From NCBI GenBank assembly GCA_905331295.1, contig CAJNYD010000031.1, positions 1 to 64,000 on the forward strand: a stretch of 64,000 nucleotides of DNA, in the 5' to 3' direction. The DNA is from Rotaria socialis. Lineage: Eukaryota. Position 1 is the stretch's first letter; each line of letters begins with the position of its first letter. Below are positions 27,775-41,012 of the stretch, piece by piece. The notes beneath the pieces were generated by a model. That model was not told the DNA's origin, made no database searches, and worked only from the letters and a program-made list of their open reading frames with translations. The translations under genes and the position numbers were made by a program.

Positions 27775-30700
27775 CTAACGATAATTTTGATACATCGGAT
27801 TTTCAATTGTAATTGGAACGAACTGTGTTTGCTGATTCATTCGACCTGGCAAATTTGTATAATTTCCATTCGCCATACCAGCAAATGGATCAGTTGATTG
27901 ATAACCACTACCATCTGTGACTGTTGATCCGTATGTGACATTTTGTTCATCGCCATCTATTTATCAAAAAAAGAAAAATAATTTCTAAAGTTAAAATAAA
28001 AAGTAAAGTTTTTGTTTTCCTTTACGCTTATACGGCTCATCCGATGTTATATTGTTGGCGGGTGTTGGTTCTGCCCATGGTTGTTTTTCACCGGATGCAA
28101 ATAAACCATAAAATATGACTCCACAAAAATGTATTAATGAAGCAATTAGAAATACATGTGCCCATTCCTCACGTTTCTTAAAAAAAATTTTAGCAATTAG
28201 GGAAAAATGATTTACAACAAGAACAAAGCGATTTACCCCTTGTTTAGTTAAAAATTCAACGGCAACTGGACATAGCATACCGGCCAATGTCCCCACTCCA
28301 TTTGAAATTCCCATAAGAATACTTGCATAACGTGGAGCTATATCAAGATGATTTACATTAAATCCTAAGAGATAATAATAGAAAGAACAATAGTTTCTTT
28401 TTGCTTCTTCTATGTTTAACCTGATATTGCAAAGCCGCTGAATCCCACAGCGATCGTCAATGCTCCAATAGCTAATCGAGGATTTTTTGCATAAGCCACA
28501 AGTAAAAGAAAAACAGCTTCTAGTCCAAAACCACCACAATTCATTATTTTGCGAACAGTTGTTGTTGATAGATAATTTGTACGTAAATAATCAGCTAATT
28601 TACCAGCAAATGGCACAATACATGACATTGTTAGATGAGGTAAAGCAGCCAAAAGTGGATTCTTAATATTTCATATTCAATTATTCTAAGAGATATTATA
28701 TTTTTTTAGAAATATCAAACCTTTCCAACATTGTAATCAAGTGCTTCTCGAAAGTACTCGGCTTGAGAATTTATTAATAAATAAAATGACCATGAACGAC
28801 AAAAATTAGCCACGATTATTGCCCACACTGGTTTTGATGTAAAAAAACAGCGCCAAGGAGGTTTTATCCATGTCTAAAAGCATTGAACTGATTAAATTAT
28901 TATCTATATTGATATTTAATACAGTTGTACGCTAAATTATTAAATTATATCAACGTTAACGATCTAATCAGAGAAACTTTGCAACAATCAGTTTTCTTTC
29001 ATATCCAGTCGGATGACCTAATTCTGCCGGTAAAAACAATATTTTTTGTATTTCTTTTATAACTCGAGTTATACATATCGTAGAAAAGTCATTGTTTCTT
29101 TCCGGGATAGAACCAATATTTCTCTATCGAATGATATAAGATCGTTAACAAAATAATAAACGAATCACATCAGAGAAAGGTGACAATAGAGAGGGGGTCA
29201 ATGTATTTTTTTTCCTAATTCTGCCGATTACATGGAAAACTGCAGTAAATTTTAGAAAACGTTTATTATTTTTATGACGCTGATAGAATATATATGTTAG
29301 ACAAAATATATCATTCGGTTCGTCTTGACATCGGCTATCTGATGATATGTTTTTCTTAATGATTCGTAAATATTATACACATTTTTTTCTTGTGAAAAGA
29401 AAAAAGTGACCGGGAAAATTTTTTCCTGTTCCTAATGTTGCCAAACGTAATGAAAAATACATAGAACTATTAAAGATAATCACGTGGGTGCTTTCTTGAC
29501 TAGACAAAATCACTATCATTCTTATATCATTCGATAGATCCTCAGTCGTATGAAGTGGGAAGAAGTAAACCTAATTACACGTGATTTTTTTTTCTGTTCG
29601 AAAGACGTTCAACAAGAGGGACCACTATACTTCAACCCATTACTCTACGGGATAACTGTGCTTTAGAGTAAAATCAATAGCATATTTGGAATCAGCGGCT
29701 TAAATTACATTCGTCCAGGGATTTTTTTCCGAAAAAAACCAATTTCACCAAAAATTTACCTGAGGTCCCCCTCATTACGTTTTTCTGAAACATTTTGCTA
29801 CAGTCCCCCTAAGGTAAGCTTTTGGTGAAAAAAATTGTTTCTCGAAAAAATACTGGGCAGGTGTAATTTGTGCCGCTGATTCCAAATATGCTATTGATTT
29901 TACTCTAAAGCACAGTTATCCCGTAGAGTAATGGGTTGAAGTATAGTGGTCCCTCTTGTTGAACGTCTTTCGAACAGAAAAAAAAATCACGTGTAATTAG
30001 GTTTACTTCTTCCCACTTCATACGACTGAGGATCTATCGAATGATATAAGAATGATAGTGATTTTGTCTAGTCAAGAAAGCACCCACGTGATTATCTTTA
30101 ATAGTTCTATGTATTTTTCATTACGTTTGGCAACATTAGGAACAGGAAAAAATTTTCCCGGTCACTTTTTTCTTTTCACAAGAAAAAAATGTGTATAATA
30201 TTTACGAATCATTAAGAAAAACATATCATCAGATAGCCGATGTCAAGACGAACCGAATGATATATTTTGTCTAACATATATATTCTATCAGCGTCATAAA
30301 AATAATAAACGTTTTCTAAAATTTACTGCAGTTTTCCATGTAATCGGCAGAATTAGGAAAAAAAATACATTGACCCCCTCTCTATTGTCACCTTTCTCTG
30401 ATGTGATTCGTTTATTATTTTGTTAACGATCTTATATCATTCGATAGAGAAATATTGGTTCTATCCCGGAAAGAAACAATGACTTTTCTACGATATGTAT
30501 AACTCGAGTTATAAAAGAAATACAAAAAATATTGTTTTTACCGGCAGAATTAGGTCATCCGACTCCGCCTGTTATATAGTTATGATAAATATTTATCTTT
30601 TGAAATACAATCTTAAAAACGTATTTCTTCAATGTTCAAATGCATTAGCAAACCGATGTTTGCTCAAACTCAGAGTTGACAAAATTTGTAGAGACTATCA

Positions 30701-33700
30701 TATACGTATATAGATGTGTGTGTGTTAAAAGCTTCACGTCAAATAAATGTTCACATGACAAAATTGTATCAAGAAATTAACATCAATCAGCGAAGGAAAT
30801 CGAAAAATCAAAACTAAATGAATTTGTTGTACTATTGAGAACGATCGACAGAATAGGAATAATCTTACGTTCAAAATAAAACGGATCGTAAAGTTGCGTG
30901 TGTTTCCTCGTCGTATCTAAATTTCATCACTTAATGGAGTTGTTTTTTCAAGTGCATCGAATTCATAAACTTTTTAACGTAATTAAAATGATTGTTAGAT
31001 GCGAATAGCATGATAAGTTAAAAATCCTTTTCTCTTTACCAGTTAACTTATTATATTTATCAAAATTTTAAAAATATATGTTTAACTACATTCTTTTTAT
31101 TTAAACAGACGCAAGATAAACACTCAATATTGATCAACATACTTTATGAGTCGAGTAAATCGTAAATTTCAACGATGCAGTCCTATTGATTATTAATAAA
31201 TATTTACAATTTGAGAGCTAAGCAGTATGTTGATGTATTTTTTACTAGACAGCAAAACTCATCATTTGAAATGTTTATTTCGTTATTGAGAACATACACA
31301 GCTTTAGGGATGCACCAGTACCAGTATCTCTAGTTTGCCAGGATCATCGGTGTCTACACACACCAGTATTGAGAGTTCCACACTAACACCTCCAATACTG
31401 GTGCGTGTTGGTACCGATGAATCTGACAAATGAGAAATACTGGTACCCATACAACCAGTAATACTGGTACTGGTGCATCCCTACACAGCTCAAGATTAAG
31501 CATGAGATATAGAGTTTATTTTTGTTTATTTCTTCATTGACTTTCTTGTTTTCTCTGACACAGCTATTAGATTTCTCGATCAATGAAAATCTAAAATTCT
31601 TGCCATATTTCAAAAACTATGATGTAATAAAAATTCAACAATATAATTCAAATTATCTGGCAAAAAATAAAATTTTCGAAATTTTGTTTCTACCAAATAA
31701 AAAATATTCTCAGTTTGTAATCAAGTGGTAATAAGATATTTTTGTGAATTACATTAAATTATATTGTAATTATTTTTAATTTACCTTATTCGCAATAGAA
31801 CTAGCTTCTCCGATGCTTTCTTCAATATAAATTCGTTCAGCTTCGCTAATTTTTGGATGAATAGCTGGTCGTTCATATGAGAAATGCCACCAATAAACAG
31901 ACCAAATCATTCCAATCAAACCTATTTATGCATGAATTGTATTATAAAAAGTTTCAAATCAATTTTACCGTAAAAATAAAAAGCAATTTGCCAATTAAAA
32001 TATTCCGTAAGTATTCCAGAGAGTGGAATTCCAAGAACAGCACCTGCATATGATCCTAGAAATGAAAACTAATTAGTTTTATGGAAAAAAAATTAAGAAA
32101 AAAAAAGAACCAGTGAATGATATTGTTGCCAATGTGCTTCGTTCTAAAGGTGGTGCCCACCATCGCCAAATTCCATGTGCTGCCGGATAAGTCACACCCT
32201 AATAAAAATAAAAGAAAAAATTCTTTTCAAAAAAATGAACTCATAATTTTGACTTACTTCAACAAGTCCTTGGAGTATGCGAAGAATCATTACTATACCA
32301 TAATGAATTTTAGCTGCAAACGGAATAAATAAATTGAGGAATGATGATATACCAAGTGCAAATCCAAATACACTAAACAACAAAAAAAAGTATTAACTAT
32401 TGTCTTTATTAAAAGAAAAGTTTTTCTTACTGGTTAGCTGGAAATTTTGCTGCTAAATATCCACCTGGTACTTGTGTAATAAGATAACCCCAAAAGAAAG
32501 AACTATCAACAATACCAATGATCCCTGGTGTCCAATCAAATTCAGCTTGCTATTTAAATATACATATATATATATAGAGAGAGAGATGGATTTTTAACGA
32601 CATAAAAACAGTTTTTTTCTTTACTTTAACAATTTTAATCGTTCCATTTGAAAGTTTTTCTGTTTCATTGTGTGTCATAGCGACAACACTAACGCCCATA
32701 TTACAACGAATACCAAAAGATATAAGAAATCCTAATGAACTAAGGAATGCTGTTTGATATCGGACAGGCATTGCTTTAATAGAATCAATGCATCGCAGAC
32801 GAGATGGAATATATGACGCATATTTTGATGATGTTGCTGGAATTGTTTTGATATGTCGACGTTGTGTTGCATCATCGTCTTCAATTAATTCGGCATAGTC
32901 TGATTGAGTATTTGGATTATTACGTTGAAGTACACTTTAATTAAAAATATTTTTTCATTAGTTTGATATCTATGTTTTTTTTTCTTAAATAAAATATTTA
33001 TTTGACGTCAAATTTTGTTTGTTATTCTCTTGAGATATTGATAACAATATACATAGATTTATCCTTATTTATTGTTCATAATTGTCAGATGGAACGAGAT
33101 ACTTCTATTTTTTTTATAGTTCTTATTCATTGATTATGCTCGCCTATCTAATGTTGACAATAATTTACTTCATGTTTCATAGAAAAACAGAGATAAACTA
33201 CAATGAATCTGATAGAATGATTTTCATCGGTGGATTTTCATGAATTTGATCTTTTCTTTTAAATGTATGTATTCGATAAAAACAAACGTAACAAAGAAAT
33301 ATAGTTTCACACCTGACTTGTTAAGTGAGTTGAGATCATTGGGGAAAAAATATGTAATGCATTGTTGCATATTGATGATGAACGACCTTGACAAAAAAAT
33401 GCGAAGATTCCACTGCTTCAAGTTATAAGAATATGACTTCCTGTTAGTTCATATTATACTCGTTTAAGTAATAAAAGAAAAAAAACAGATCTTTTATTAG
33501 ATTTTATTTTCAAAAAAAAACAATCAGTGTGAAATCAGCTTTCCTATCATTGAAATTATTTTACAAATTTCGATATTCCTTATTGAATAAATAGTTATTT
33601 ATGTGTTTACTTTCTATGCTTGTTGATTTCCCATATGGAATGAGTCTTCCTATCTAATCTTCTATTTATAACAGCTATTCATTTACAAGCGGAAATATGA

Positions 33701-34451
33701 AAACCTATTGAATTTTCTCGGTCTTCCTTTTTATAGTTCAAATCACCTTCCCTTATTTTTTTCCTTCCGACTATTAGGCTATACTATTTTCAAGTGAGAA
33801 CATGAGTTATGCATTAAACACTAAATAACGAGATAACACATTTTTTTATTCTTAATCGATAGTTAATAGAAAAACCCAATCCATCATCTAAATTGATGGA
33901 TGAATATTTTCTATACATTCGCTGAAGTTCATTTTAACTATAATTAGCATTTCTCCATTTCGTAATTATTTAGCTAATGCTATTATTCTGTTATTATTAT
34001 TCTTATCACTTCTCTTGCGAATATATAAAGAGAAGAAGAAAAAATATGATACATGGACAGAAAGATAGTTTATAGTGCTTTAAATAATATTTTATTTTTC
34101 CTACATAAGGATAGATTATAATGAAAAAAAAGTCTAATAACTTCTATGCTCGCAGTAATGCACAGTAAAGGGCTTTTGTTAACATCATTAGTAAATGAGA
34201 CTCAAATATTGATGCAAATAATATTTAAAAAAACATATTTTCTCTGGTGAAAAAGGATCATTAAAAAGAAAACTGAACAAATTAAAAGAAAAAGAAATAG
34301 TAATTGTTGCTTTTTAAGAGAATGATGAAATGATAAACACACACACACACATGCACATATGTATATATAATAATACTTACCCAGATACTTTATACGATAA
34401 ATTTTGTGTTGTATTTCGAATAATATTTGTAAAATGATAAATGTATTCCAT
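27775..34451 (-). CDS. VGLUT: Vesicular glutamate transporter (SLC17A6/7/8, eat-4 family), ~593 aa; exons 34451-34381, 32934-32625, 32549-32431, 32372-32258, 32198-32111, 32055-31969, 31921-31785, 28873-28721, 28661-28421, 28364-28237, 28176-28026, 27956-27775
   Basis: Motifs [102 protein letters not shown] and ASGEKQPWA. The 12 exons splice in frame. The first coding exon is the least certain. Confidence 0.95.
29007..30564. mobile_element. Foldback-type element: 693-bp inverted arms (29007-29699 / 29872-30564) around a 172-bp, partly self-complementary spacer, inside VGLUT intron 7
   Basis: The arms read as reverse complements from AGTCGGATGACC.../...GGTCATCCGACT inward to GAATCAGCGGC/GCCGCTGATTC and are of equal length. 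No coding capacity recognised. No clear TSD. Confidence 0.85.
31305..31483. mobile_element. hAT-family MITE (179 bp) in VGLUT intron 7
   Basis: 22-bp perfect TIR TAGGGATGCACCAGTACCAGTA (Ac-like TAGGGATG start). 8-bp TSD CACAGCTT/CACAGCTC. Confidence 0.85.
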
Positions 34452-37400
34452 AGTGATTTGTCTTTAATAATAATAATAATCAATCACTTGTATTTAATTC
34501 ATAAGTATATAAGACACACGTGCGCATGCTCTTATTCTCGTTCGATATCCATTATATTTAAACCAGTAATAATGAGATGATGATGAACGAGAAAAGTAAC
34601 ATTTCTTTTCTTTTTTTTTTAATATGTGTTCATGCAGCCTGAGCAAAGCGTTTTCTGTCTTCGAGTAGTGAGCAAGAAAAAAGGAATTTCTAACTAATTG
34701 TTTTCGTCAAGTGGCTTATATGTGCACGTCTTCGACTTTATATTAATAATGCAGTTCTTTCACTTGCACTGTATCTAAAAAGAAGAACATCATCAACAAA
34801 ACGACTGACATTAATCAAAATCTCTAGATATATTCATGTCTACCTGTAATTAACACTTAACCAAGCCGTGACTAAATTCTTCTCCTTTTCTCTTGCATAC
34901 ATAGAAAAAAATATTTCCGAACAATATTCAATGGGAAAGGTTTCATGAGAAAAAGGGAGAGACAAAAAAAAGAGATCTCTTTCTCTGTGGATCTATTTTT
35001 TTTTCATTAATGAAATCTACCAATAAGCATCAACTGGTTTTGTGCTCAATGTCTATCAATCAATCACATGGATATGTGGAAACTAGAACAGACGACAAAC
35101 AGAAATATTAAAAAAGCTACAACAGATTAAGTCGCACCTGAATATGAATTTTGTTTCCTAACCAAAAGAACATTACATCTTTCTATTTCTTCCACTTTGG
35201 TTTTATTTAAATGAAAAAAAAAGATTACAAATAAAACAAGTTCTTCAAAAGATTTCGGAAGGATGTAGTTCATTTGAAATACTATTTAAATTCAATAGTT
35301 CTCATATCAGTCATCATGGAAGGGAAATACAATCGTTATTCATGCACATTGGAATAAAGCATGGAAAAAAAGAGTAGCGGATGCTTGTCAAGTATTCTAC
35401 AATTTTAACTCATTTTCCAGTTTAGTGGAACTTGCTGATATAAAAACAAACTACTGAAAACTTGACTTTTTCTATATCCAACTGATAAGGCAACTTTTTG
35501 TTTTTTGAATATTATTTTTAAATAAAGCAAAAATATGTAATAAATTGACTGGTTTATATTTTGTAATATCTAATGGTAACAAATCTTACCTGATCATAGA
35601 TTAATCCTTCTTAAAATAAGCTTAATGAAAAATTGTTTTTATTATTAGCACATTCTGTGAAGAGCGACGTCTTCTTTGAATGAATTTCCTCTTAGTTTTT
35701 TTTTATCTTAAATTCAATCATGTCATTGTCTATTAAGATACTCTTAGCTACTCTCATTCGCCGCCCGTTTCCGTTTGTTGTTATCAGTCAGTGAACACAT
35801 GAACATAACAACAAAAGAAACTAAATGAAGAATGACAAGCGTTACTAGTTATATTCATTATAAGTAACAATAATGCTTACTGAATATTTCATCTAACAAT
35901 AAATTGAAATGATGTCTGATCATCGCAAAAGAACTGAAAAGGATGCTTCACTGTTTCATTCTAGCAATCAGATTCTCTTCTAGTATAAGTTTATTCTTGT
36001 AGCTATTTAGTTTTTGTCCGATTAGCTATTTAAAACAAAAACATATTCTTAAGAAATTTGTAAATAAATGAACTATTTTTTCCATAGATTGACACAAACT
36101 AACTTCCAAAATTCTGGCTATATACGGAAATCCTTATTTATTTTCTAAATAATTATATCCGTTAGTATTTTATTTACTAGTTTCTTGTATAATCATTGAT
36201 TATGAGGTTATGTCTTGATTAGTCAATAAAGAAAAAAGAAGAAAATAATATAAACTTTTATTGTGTTACTACTTTTCTAAAAATAACAAAGAAATTTAGA
36301 AGGATGATATTTATTTTGTCTATATCAACTAGATTTTGTGAAAGTGTGTAAATGACATGATAACGAACAGTGAAAGCAATTATAATGTTGCATGTCTTCT
36401 CTGTGGTAGTTCTTACCTTCAGGGCTTCTCTTCCATTTCAGTTGACGCATTAAAATCTTTCATACTGTTCAACATCAATCTTAAACATTCTTTTTTTATA
36501 TTGAATCCTTTTAATCATTCTAATTGAAGAATTTCTACTCATCAATAGGATATACACCCTTAGGCTTATACAATTATTTCAGCTTCAATTATAAAGATCA
36601 TCGGATAATCAGAGAAGATTTTAAAAATAACTCATATTTAACTATTTAAAAGACGAAGTCAAATGTCACATTAGATCTTTTATTAAAAATATTTTCCTAA
36701 ATAGTATTAATTTTGCCACGAGTAACTCTTCGATTTTAATCGGTTTTATACTAGCTTCTGTAATATTCAATGAACTATTGAAGTTGACATAATAATCTCT
36801 TGTTCATAAACTATCTTAGAGGAATAAGATCAATGTCAACATGAGAAAATGACTATTGGATATTACTTTGAGAAATTTTCATTTGACATTCAAAGCCTTG
36901 ATGCATCTAAACTGACTATACCCACTCAGATTCACCTTGTTGATGTCGAAAAGTTAAAATGTCTATAGTTAAATATGTCGATAATTAAGTTATCAAGGTG
37001 TAAAAATATGTTCAAAGTATTTATTCATCGTGCATTTGCACAAAAAAAACAATAACCATTGTAAAATCAGCAACATGACGTCAATGATAAAACTGCACGT
37101 AGTCTTTATGAGAAACTAATGGATCTTGCGATTGCGTCACACGATAGAGTCAACTTGGATTTAATGGAATTCATGGATAAATACTGAAATTTTATCGAGT
37201 TCACTATTGTGACCATTATTAAATTATTTTGAAAAACATTAACTACTTGTAATTGATATTTTTCTTTTGTCTACAATTTATTCGAGAATAAACCAATAGA
37301 TTTTGTTTTAATGATTATTATCTCATTCTCTTACGATTTGTTGTTATCACAGTTGTAACTTTGTAAAACTCGTGCACTGAAAACATAGAAAAAAGAATTC

Positions 37401-37831
37401 AATCAGTTGATATCTGATTGATTTCATTCAAAATCACATAAATAGGCACTTTGATAGTTTCAATGGTTATTGGGAAAAAAGAAACATAGATAAAATACAT
37501 ATTTACGATTTCAATTTGGTTGTGTATCAATATTATTTCTGTATTTTAAATTTCATTTTGTTTGCCATGCTTTTTCTAATGCTTGAAAGTTTTATAACTG
37601 ATATAAATTGATTGTTTTTCTCATCGACAGAAGCTAAATTTGTATATTTCTGTTATTTCAATACATTTCTTTCTCGACATTTATATTGATCGACAATCTT
37701 CTTATTCGAAAATTTTCTTTTTAATCATATTCGAACTTGTCTACAGTTACACAATTAACAATTTTCTGATGTCACTTATACGGTGAATTGGCAAATTCAA
37801 ATATTTTTTCAATGCTATAATCAAGATTCTG

Positions 37832-38415
37832 GTAATAATGATAATGATTTTGATGGTAATAAATCGGCAGTTTTATATGTAGTTTTACAAATTCCTGGAA
37901 TTTTCGACCTTGTTGTAATTCACGAGATGTTTGTGATGAATTATATGTACAGTCATCATCAGCAGTTAACATCATCTGAGACTAAATTCATGTTGATTAC
38001 TATAACAATATAAACTACTCCATAACCTTATACGATAGCATAACTATAGAGATAAATTAATTCTGTATCGTAAATCTAAAATTCACTAATAATTAATACG
38101 TCGATGTTTCAAATAAACGAATATCAAGTACAAAAATACCAAGTGTCAATATTTAGTACTAATATTAAATACGAATATTTATCAACATATGACTAGTTAA
38201 TTGATCAACGTAATATAAAGTATAAATGAATGTTATGCATTATTATTATATGTGAGTGAATTTAGTCTCAGATGATGTTAACTGCTGATGATGACTGTAC
38301 ATATAATTCATCACAAACCTCTCATGAATTACAACAAGGTCGAAAATTCTAGGATTTTGTAAAACTACATATAAAACTGCCGATTTATTACCATCAAAAT
38401 CATTATCATTATTAC
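37832..38415. repeat. Inverted duplication: 159-bp arms (37832-37990 / 38257-38415), 266-bp spacer
   Basis: The arms are near-identical reverse complements; the ORF track gives the same peptide NDNDFDGNKSAVLYVVLQ on opposite strands. Confidence 0.9.
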
Positions 38416-40124
38416 ATACCTCGTACTCAAGCAAATCTTACACTAAGATTCTGGTAGCATACTCTATTATAGATGGAATAATCTCATATTTCTCAGCTAA
38501 TCGTTTTTCAATCGTCGATACTTTGTATATAGGCTTTTCCCCTCATATATGAATATGAGAAAGTACAGCAAGTAAGATTGCTAGTCGAAACATGATAAAC
38601 ATTTATTATTGATATTTTCATATACAATTGTTATTAGATCACTTTAAAACAACAACTAGTTGAGCTCCGCACACCCAGCATGGGAATGATATGACATTGT
38701 CCAAAATCTATAGAGATAGTTAAAACGAGTAGGAAGAAATTCGTCAATTGGACTTTCGTCATTGACGAAAGAGATGAATATTCGACAATTCAGTAAGCAT
38801 TTTGTAATCTTGGAACCATAAATAATTAAAGAATCTAAATCCTGTCGTTCACATCTATTTTATTCAAATATTTTGTGGATCAATCAACGCTTGTTACAGC
38901 GAAGAGTGTAATACTTATATCACAGAATGGACTAGATACAACTAGGTTTTGCATCAACAAAATGGCAAAATTTAATGCGTTGAAGCACTCGTTAGAGTAA
39001 AGATATTGTCAAAATTTTAAACTTATTAGTTTCAATAAAAAGATCAGTGACTGAAACAATATCATCATTCATTCATTTTGTGGGTTGTTCTAATGACATA
39101 AGAAAAAATTAAATCTTTCATTAAAATGTATCACTTCCATTGTGAACCTTATTGTAAGATCGTATTTAGGCAGTAATCTGTCGCTTTCTATTGTTTTATT
39201 TTCATAACAAGTTTTATTTAGTTATTCTTCTACATTTATTGATCTGAAGTATGTTACGTGTAAGTTCTCTTTCGACTTTTACATTTTCATTATATTTTAT
39301 TTTAAGTTAACTATCATATCCGAGCACACTCTTAGAAAGTTGATCAAGTCAATGACTATTGCTGAAAACTAAGATTTCCAATATAGTGTCTATTATTTAC
39401 TTGTTCTATGAATGTGTATAGTTCACATGAAATTTCTTCTCAAAAGCCTCTTACGAACACGACTACATTGTATCTACATAATCAACTCATAGAATTCTAT
39501 CAACTGTCATCGATAACGTCGATTGAAATAGCGTCTCATGTTTGGAGATATTCTCAAATTAATATGGTTTATCTTTTTATTTAATGATAAATCAATATCA
39601 ATTAATTTATATCTAACGAAAGTTTAGATTCATGACAAATATTCGTTGTCCTTATTATTGTATGTTATACATTCTAAAACCGGAAGGACCCATGCTATTT
39701 TAAATGATTAAGCAATTAAAACAAGAAAAAGTATTTTAAACATCCTATATTTCTCACTTCGTATATCTCGAGTATTAAATTAAAAATAATTGATCCTATC
39801 CCGTGTAAAACAAAAGTGAAAAAAAAACAACTTTTAAGTACTTGTAATATTAATAAAGTAAAATAAATTAACTTTTTTCACTATTTTTCACTTTTTATAG
39901 TACTTATTTCGATTTTTTCAACTTTTCAGGAAGTACTTAATAGTACTTTTTGTGCTATAAAGTTTATTTTATTAGTTTCTATACTTTTGGAAGTACTTTA
40001 TGTTATTTCTAGCTTTTCAAGAAGTATTTAGTATTAACTTTTGTGGTTAAAAAAGTGATTCTTGCGGTTCACTCATTTTTAAGCAGTACTTTCCAGGTCA
40101 ATGATTCCGGAAAACGGATACCGT

Positions 40125-40434
40125 GAGGGGTGTCCAAGGGCTGAAGATTAGGAATTCCTCATCAGTTCTCCTAAAATTCTTTGCATACTAAAGGTAAAAA
40201 TATGAGATATTCACGATAATTTTTGTTCTTACACTCTTTCGCTTGCAAAATTGTGAGAATCATTAGTTTCATGCGAAAATTGTTTTTAAAACAGCAATAT
40301 CACGACTTTCGTGAATGGTGAAGCTGCGAGGAAACTGATAGTTGATTCCCATTTCCTCTCGGTATTATCACAGCAACACTGACAATGGTTCTGCACATTA
40401 GAAATTCTTGTTTCTCAGTCCTTGGGCACTGCTG
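40125..40434. mobile_element. Degenerate hAT-like MITE nested in the 39800-42438 element
   Basis: Imperfect TIRs GAGGGGTGTCCAAGGGCTGA / TCAGTCCTTGGGCACTGCTG. No TSD recovered. Confidence 0.45.
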
Positions 40435-40513
40435 ATTTCATCTTAACACTTCGTTTACGATAACAGTAAACGACTACAAAATATGGTCGCCGATTTTTAC
40501 CGCCAGTGATAGG

Positions 40514-40808
40514 TGTGCCGATATTGATGGCACGCTTCGATGATTCTCCTTCATTCTCTTTCTGTTCTCTTTCCATTGTTCTAATATCTCTCTACCCTGT
40601 CTCTCTCCTATCTCTCTCCTATATATACGTGTGTTACGTATGAAGTTGTGACACGACTAGAGATGTCAGATGACACAATACACCATCATACCGACGGGCA
40701 TAGGCGACACTCTCTAGTTTTGTCGTTACACTCTGGATATTTGAAGTAGCCTAATAAACATCTTTGCCGAGAATGGCACAAGCTACTCTAATCTAGTTGT
40801 TCGTTACA
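40514..40808 (+). mobile_element. Solo LTR (295 bp)
   Basis: TGT...ACA termini, perfect 5-bp TSD ATAGG (40509-40513 / 40809-40813), internal TATATATA and AATAAA. A second partial copy lies at 60868-60936. Confidence 0.85.
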
Positions 40809-41012
40809 ATAGGTATACGGCCGTTTACGACTCAGGACGATCGACCTGGGTAGTAAAGGAACTCTCTAGGCATATGTCTTTATGGATATAAACTTGGTAC
40901 ATATCTCTATCACTGGTAAAAACCCATCACGTTTGCTCCAGCCGTAATGGAGATATTCAATTTTCTTTTTTGGTCGCTTATTTCTGGGATACCCGGTAGA
41001 TATCCTCATTGG

